The notes under the pieces: generated by a model
Seen by the model: only the letters and a program-made list of their open reading frames with translations
The model's database searches: none
Told to the model about the DNA's origin: nothing
Part shown: positions 8,497 to 14,013 of the stretch, piece by piece
How the letters are laid out: each line of letters starts with the position of its first letter
Position numbering within the stretch: position 1 is the first letter of the stretch
Assembly (NCBI RefSeq): GCF_006345805.1
Contig: NW_021825978.1
Span: 1-14,013, forward strand
Reading direction: 5' to 3'
From: Octopus sinensis
Lineage: Eukaryota
DNA length: 14,013 nt
Position numbers and translations under genes: made by a program

Positions 8497-8672
8497 CCCA
8501 GTGATTTCTTTTATGTTGATAATCCTAGTAGGTATCCTTTCACATTTTTCTTGTGAAACCAGGAAGTTATCGGGATGTAAGTAAATGAACGGCAGTTGTG
8601 AAGCAGTGATGAGGGAGAAACACAGAGACAAAGACACACACATACACTTACATGTATACATATATATATATA
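8497..8672 (-). mobile_element. Distal half of a tRNA-SINE split by the family A PLE
   Basis: Minus strand reads (TA)n-gtgtgtgtctttgtgtctctgtgtttctccctcatcactgcttcacaactg..., which I recognise as the degenerate continuation of the SINE whose head is at 13154-13310. This is recognition from memory, not a computed hit. Confidence 0.55.
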
Positions 8673-8870
8673 GTCAACACTACTACATGAACCCGAAGAT
8701 TGCAGAATTCAATGCATGAAAGTACTAGTTCAATCAGAATGAATATTTAACATTCTACTATTTCATTTTATTTTATTCAATTATAATATATTATCTTATA
8801 ATATATCATTATAAGATTGTAAATAAAACGTGAAAATCAGACAAGGTTGGAATTCTTTTTATTAATATAT
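8673..8870 (+). repeat. 5' pseudo-LTR of family A (198 bp)
   Basis: Identical by eye to 12924-13121 (offset 4251). Contains the HHR fold, a 10-bp hairpin (8793-8817) and AATAAA (8822-8827). Confidence 0.97.
8688..8732 (+). ncRNA. Minimal type I hammerhead-like motif, core CCGAAGA (U4C), copy 1
   Basis: TGAAC CCGAAGA T TGCA GAATTCAA TGCA T GAAA GTACT A GTTCA. Helix I is 5 bp, helix II is 4 bp closed by a U.U mismatch, helix III is the palindrome AGTACT, and the triplet is CUA (cut after 8727). Confidence 0.7.
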
Positions 8871-8938
8871 TCTTCTATACACAATCACACACACCCATAT
8901 ATATATATATTCTATATTCCTATTGTGTATATGCCAAC

Positions 8939-11900
8939 ATGTCTGGAAAGCAACAAACAAAATTAACAGAATCAGAAAGAATTCTAATGGAAATTTCATC
9001 GAAATTATCAACACTCATCACGATGATTGACACACAATCCTCTATTTTAAAGGAAATAGAAAAACAGTCTACAGACGGAAAACTTGGAAATGAACAATTA
9101 AACTCTGAAATTAAGAATTTAGCTGAAATGATACCAACAATTATAAAATCTACAAGAGAAAGCCTACCACAACCTCCTTGGATGTCAGAAAGAAACGAAA
9201 GAAATCTGGAAAAGAGGCACACCGAAAAAGAGAAAGATACAGAAGACATGGAAAAAACTCCTTAACATAAGAAAACAAAACTTCTGGAAGGCATATAATG
9301 CGAAAAATATGCTGAAATACATTCGAAATGGATATCTTTAGCGGCACCCATACTTCCTCGGAAGTACCTAATTAAAGAAATTGCAGGAGAACCAGAGGAA
9401 GAAACTAAACTTCGATGGGACCTTAGTTTGATAAAATTCAGGACCGACATCTCCATTACCCTGTCTAAACAATCCCGCTACAAAGCCAAATACGAAGCTA
9501 TCGATGATCAAATCAGAGATGAAATATCCAAACTAACGACCGGCAATATAGCAGAAAAAATGCGAGAACTATGGATCAGAGATATCTCAAAAGAAGAAAG
9601 CAGATCAAGAAAGTTTTGGCAGCGGAAACAATTATTTCTCGACAAATATGCTACAAACTACGGTAAAGACAACAGAGCTCCGAGAAATAGCATTAAAAGT
9701 GGACAACCTCACCAACGCAACATACACCAGAACACGTGGCAACATGAACACCTGTTTCACCACGAATCGAAGACGAACTACGGTAAGAACTCTTCCCATT
9801 TTGTATGCAAACACCCCAATGCACACAACATGAACAAAAAGCACAAACAAAATAGATATTGTTTTGAACAGACCATTAGCAGTAGAAATAACAGGAGATC
9901 ATTTTCAAGACCTCAACAGAGATTACCCACAAGAAACTGGACAAAAAACCGATCTAGATCTAGAAGTAAACCCAGATCATTTCTCCAGGTGGTTAAAAAC
10001 AATGCTAACAAGAAATTGAAAAGTAGCATACATAATACCAAAAACAAGACAGAAAACATAACGAAACCAAGTAAAGTACCACAACCAAAACGCAAAATTC
10101 ATCAAGCAAACATCAACAGGAATATAAATCATAACCAGAAAAAAATCCATTTTTTTACGTCAGGACAACAAACACCGGAGAAAGAAAAAATCCAAGAGGA
10201 AACATACCCCAAACAACTGAACGTATAGATCCTAAAATAATTAATTTATCAAAAAGAGATTTTGACAATGATGAAATCCAACTTCTGTCAAAAGGACTGA
10301 AATTCACACCTACACCAACAGCCAACCACCAAGAATTAAAGGAGGATATCCAAAAATTCTGTCGAAAATTACGACTTGTAGAATTCTTCGCTAACAAAAG
10401 TAATGAGATTGATGAATCCCTAGTAAGGAATAAATCAAATTTCACCCCACCAAAAGGAAGAAATAACTACCTTGACCAATACATTGATATCCTGTCTAAA
10501 TTTCCCCTTAGACGCAATACCAATGTTAGGCCAAACATTAGCAAATCAGAGATGTCTGCATGTAAACGTATACAAAACGATCAAACAATAATAATTAAAC
10601 AAGCAGATAAAGGTGGTGCAATTGTTATTATGGATACCGAATATTATAAGGATTTGGTTGAAGACCAACTGAAGGATACAACCTTCTATTGTGAAATACC
10701 CGCAAATATAGACCACCACATCATGAAAAAGATCAACAACCTGATTTCAACACACCACAACTCACTTACGGATAATGAAAAAGACTACATCACCAATTTT
10801 GAACCAAAACCCAGCAACTTCTACGGCTTACCAAAAATACACAAATCAAAAAACATTCAACAGGCAGTAAAAGAACAAGAAAGTGAGTACATAAAATTAT
10901 TACATCCAAAAGACCTAAAACTTAGACCTATTATAGCTGGTCCAGCATGCCCTACACATTGTTTTGAAACCACTATGTACTTACATACCAAGTTTCATCA
11001 GGGATGACATCAACTTCCTGTCCCATCTTCCCAAAACAACAGAAACAAATTCAGTTTTGCTAAGTTTTGATGTGGTAAGCCTCTACACCAATATTCCACA
11101 CGATTTAGGAATAAAGGCGATTAAATACTGGTTAGAAAAACATAGAGAAGTGATTCCCAGCAGATTCACAGTGCCTTTTATATTAGACACAGTCAAGCTT
11201 ATTCTAGAAAATAACACATTCTTCTTCAATGGAAAGAATTACATCCAAATTAGAGGCACGGCGATGGGAACGAGGTTTGCTCCCGTTTACGCCAACTCTG
11301 TAATGGGATACTTAGAAGAACAACTCTACCAAGAGGTGGAGGTAAACTATGGCACTGGGTTTAGAAAGTATATTGAAAAGGCATGGAAGAGATACCTAGA
11401 CGACTGTTTCATAATCTGGACAGAATCTCTAAATACTCTGGAAGAGTTCAATATCCTCCTGAACAACCTACACCCATCTCTCCAATTTACAAAGGAGATG
11501 AGTAGTACCAAATACCATTCCTGGATATAATGGTAATTAAAAAAGACACCACCATCACCACAGATATATACTATAAACACACAGACACACATCAATACCT
11601 AAATTTTAAGTCGTGCCATCCACCACATACAAAACGTAACATCCCATACTGCCTAGCCAGAAGAATTTGTACTATTGTAGAAGATGCAAATATCAGGAAC
11701 AAACGCCTAATAGAACTAAGAGAATTTTTGCTCAAACAAAAATACCCATCTCTACTTATAGAAAATGGCATACAGCGGGCTATAAAAATACCTATACAAC
11801 AACTTAGGACAACCCAAGGAAGAGGAAAACAAGAACAAGTCATACCATTCATAGTGACACACAACCCATGTCACCAGAATATCTTCAACATTGCCAAAGC

Positions 11901-12438
11901 AAACCTACCAATCATTGCCCAAAGTAATGAATTAAAAGACATAATCACGGATCGAGCTATGGTGCTTAGTAAAAGACAGCCTAAAAACTTGAAAACATTA
12001 CTAACAAAGGCAAAATTTGACCTCAGCAACAAAGACCAAACATTCACGGTATCTAAATGCAATGATAGCCGATGTGGCACATGCCAATTCATACATACCG
12101 GTCAATATATAAACACAAAAACCGGGAAAATATTCACAAACGCGAATATGAACTGCAAAAGCAGAAATTTAATTTACTGCATCAAATGCCCAAATTGTGA
12201 AGAAATATATGTAGGTCAGACGGGAAACGCACTATTAGAACGCTCACGTGTACACCGGCAACAGATTAGAGACCCAGAGGTCCGTCAGATACCTTTGAGT
12301 AACCACCTAGCAACATGTGGTCGGAAAATATATATAATATTTCCATTCTACAAATTACACAGCCCAAGTGAAATCGAGAGGAAAATCAGAGAAAAGAATT
12401 TTATTGATAAATTCGAACCCAAGCTAAATAAGCAATAA
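8939..12438 (+). pseudogene. PLE polyprotein (N-terminal domain, telomerase-related RT, Zn knuckle, GIY-YIG endonuclease), frameshifted
   Basis: ATG in gccaacATG context. RT motifs: IINLS..LLSKGLKFTP (frame 1 open 10135-11007), KQADKGGAIVIMD, FYGLPKIHK, RPII, SFDVVSLY (Asp 11069), GTAMGTRFAP, RYLDD (11393-11404), (I)PFLD. Linker KCNDSRCGTC (12058-12084). EN: NLIYCIKCPNCEEIYVGQTG...R..H...H...RE...PKLN, stop at 12436-12438. About six frame breaks inferred (~9150-9200, ~9305, ~10153, ~10212, ~10960, ~11510). Confidence 0.95.
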
Positions 12439-12760
12439 TAATAATAATAATACTTAGAGGTATTACTTCCACTGCTACGACCATGACCACTAACAACAAC
12501 AACAATACTAAAGGTGATCAAGACGAAGATAGCAGGAAAATTATCTTATTTAGGGTTAAAAGTTCTATTGCCATAACCATCACCACTAGCAACAATAATT
12601 AAGGTGCTGACAATGATGATGATGACAATTGAAATATAAAAATATAAAAATCTCTGACAAAGGATATTTACAACATTTCTAAAAATAACCCAACAATTGC
12701 TGCTTCGGCCAGGGTCAAGATACAGGACTCTTGACATGTCCAACAAAGCGTGACGCCTAA

Positions 12761-12903
12761 ACCAATCAGCTCAACCAACCAATCAGCTTAAGTAATTGAG
12801 TGATACTACACACTGATTGGTCAGAATACAGTTTGCAAAACCTAGCACTCTGGAGCCTACCCAGCTGTATTTATAGCACAGAATCAATCATCTTGCTACA
12901 GTC
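12761..12903 (+). promoter_or_regulatory. Candidate Pol II promoter in the PLE 3' region, just upstream of the 3' repeat
   Basis: CCAATCAG at 12762 and 12779, inverted CTGATTGG at 12823-12830, TATTTATA at 12868-12875, and initiator-like ACAGTC with the A at 12900, 32 nt after the TATA start. Motif layout only. Confidence 0.5.
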
Positions 12904-12923
12904 AAAAATTGTGAAGCATGACT

Positions 12924-13112
12924 GTCAACACTACTACATGAACCCGAAGATTGCAGAATTCAATGCATGAAAGTACTAGTTCAATCAGAATGAATATTTA
13001 ACATTCTACTATTTCATTTTATTTTATTCAATTATAATATATTATCTTATAATATATCATTATAAGATTGTAAATAAAACGTGAAAATCAGACAAGGTTG
13101 GAATTCTTTTTA

Positions 13113-13121
<9 letters not shown>
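12924..13121 (+). repeat. 3' pseudo-LTR of family A (198 bp)
   Basis: Identical to 8673-8870. AATAAA at 13073-13078. Runs into (TA)n. Confidence 0.97.
12939..12983 (+). ncRNA. Minimal type I hammerhead-like motif, core CCGAAGA (U4C), copy 2
   Basis: Identical to 8688-8732. Predicted cut after 12978. Confidence 0.7.
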
Positions 13122-13152
<31 letters not shown>

Positions 13153-13153
13153 G

Positions 13154-13310
13154 TACGATTGATCTGTTTCAGTTTCTATCTACAGAATCCATTGGCAAGG
13201 TTATAGTTGGTCTGAAGCTATAGCAGAATATACATGCGAAGTCACTACACAGTGGGACTGAACCCATGACAATGTATTTTGCAACCAATTTGTTACCACA
13301 CAGCCACACC
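13154..13310 (-). mobile_element. tRNA-derived SINE, 5' half
   Basis: Minus-strand A box TGGCTGTGTGGT (13295-13306) and B box GGTTCAGTCCC (13254-13264). Body is homologous to 6521-6682. Confidence 0.8.
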
Positions 13311-13431
13311 TTCACCTATGTATATGTCTGTGTGAATGCATGTATGGCTGTATATATGCGTGCATGTAAATATGTACATATATATAGGTAGATATTATAG
13401 GTACATCCACATATATACATATATATATATA

Positions 13432-13754
13432 TACGTTTAAATATTTGTTGTGGAAGATTTTTTATGTGAAGTCGTGTGTTGAAACAGATATTGTTATATT
13501 TCGGAATGGTCATATTGCCAGTTTAGCCAATAAAAACACACGCACTATATATTTGGTGTTATTTTGCTTCAGTGATATTTATTTTTTACATTAATCTTAA
13601 TCTTATTTCGGCAAAGTTCTTTCGAAAGAACTTTGGCGAAATAAGATTAAGATTAATGTAAAAATAAATATCACTGAAGCAAAATAACACCAAATATATA
13701 GTGCGTGTGTTTTTATTGGCTAAACTGGCAATATGACCATTCGGAATATAACAA

Positions 13755-13757
<3 letters not shown>
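13432..13757. mobile_element. Palindromic (head-to-head) family B terminal-repeat insertion
   Basis: 13432-13624 matches 1521-1714. 13488-13623 and 13624-13757 are inverted arms with no spacer (centre TTTC|GAAA) and ~4 differences. Flanked by (TA)n. Confidence 0.92.
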
Positions 13758-13808
<51 letters not shown>

Positions 13809-13875
13809 GTATATATACATCTACACATATTGATTTCAATTTATGATTTCATTTATCTTTCTTTTTCTCCACCAG

Positions 13876-14013
13876 ATAAACCCCTCACCAAATCCCAACC
13901 AACAAGAAGCAGATGCGAAGATCATGGCATCTATTTCATTACCAAGGAGTTTATAAAACGTCTGAAAGACGAAGAAAGGTCATCCGTTTCACGGATAACT
14001 TTTTTCTCCATGC
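13876..14013 (+). CDS. Candidate host exon (partial), product unknown
   Basis: Polypyrimidine tract 13847-13870 then CAG (AG at 13874-75). The frame is open to the window end: (D)KPLTKSQPTRSRCEDHGIYFITKEFIKRLKDEERSSVSRITFFSM. No donor site was identified. Confidence 0.4.

Larger units (their letters stand above)
8673..13121 (+). mobile_element. Near full-length Penelope-like retroelement, Neptune-like (family A)
   Basis: Single long RT + C-terminal GIY-YIG reading frame broken by indels, a CxxxxCxxC linker between RT and EN (typical of Neptune/Nematis), identical 198-bp direct terminal repeats each with an HHR fold, and (TA)n flanks. Confidence 0.95.

Noticed and set aside
8846-8938. 5' UTR intron, as known in some PLEs (possible donor AAG|GTTGGA)
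   Set aside because: The donor is weak and there is no convincing acceptor AG before the ATG at 8939. RNA data would be needed.
8939-9265. Separate 108-aa ORF1 upstream of the RT
   Set aside because: Frame 3 (9147-9330) carries a plausible continuation (WKKLLNIRKQNFW) that rejoins frame 2. It is better explained as a single ORF with compensating frameshifts.
12700-12772. Antisense tRNA-like segment in the PLE 3' region
   Set aside because: A D-arm/A-box resemblance exists (GAGCTGATTGGTTTAGGC), but there is no B box or T-loop and the stems pair poorly. It is kept only as an alternative origin for the CCAAT motifs.

Overview
AT-rich, microsatellite-dense eukaryotic DNA. The SINE families look cephalopod/Octopus-like to me (inference, not a database hit). 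No complete host gene is present; a candidate spliced exon starts at 13876. The window is dominated by Penelope-like retroelements (PLEs) from about four lineages. Family A is a near full-length Neptune-like element (8673-13121, +) with a frameshifted RT + GIY-YIG ORF between identical 198-bp direct terminal repeats, inserted in the (TA)n tract of a tRNA-SINE. Family B is a 5'-inverted, truncated PLE (1521-3237), and its terminal repeat recurs as a palindrome (13432-13757). Family C is a ~200-bp solo terminal-repeat unit (5640-5840) with an internally inverted partial copy (111-235). Family D is a heavily eroded endonuclease remnant (~1009-1266). Each lineage carries a type I hammerhead ribozyme (HHR) fold that I could pair by hand. 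One has a canonical core (1261-1351) and three have non-canonical cores: U4C in A (two copies), A9C plus an extra G in B, and a reciprocal C3G/G8C swap in C. HHRs in PLE repeats are an established phenomenon; the core variants, the repeated twin-priming-like inversion geometry and a candidate 3'-located Pol II promoter are the points worth testing.
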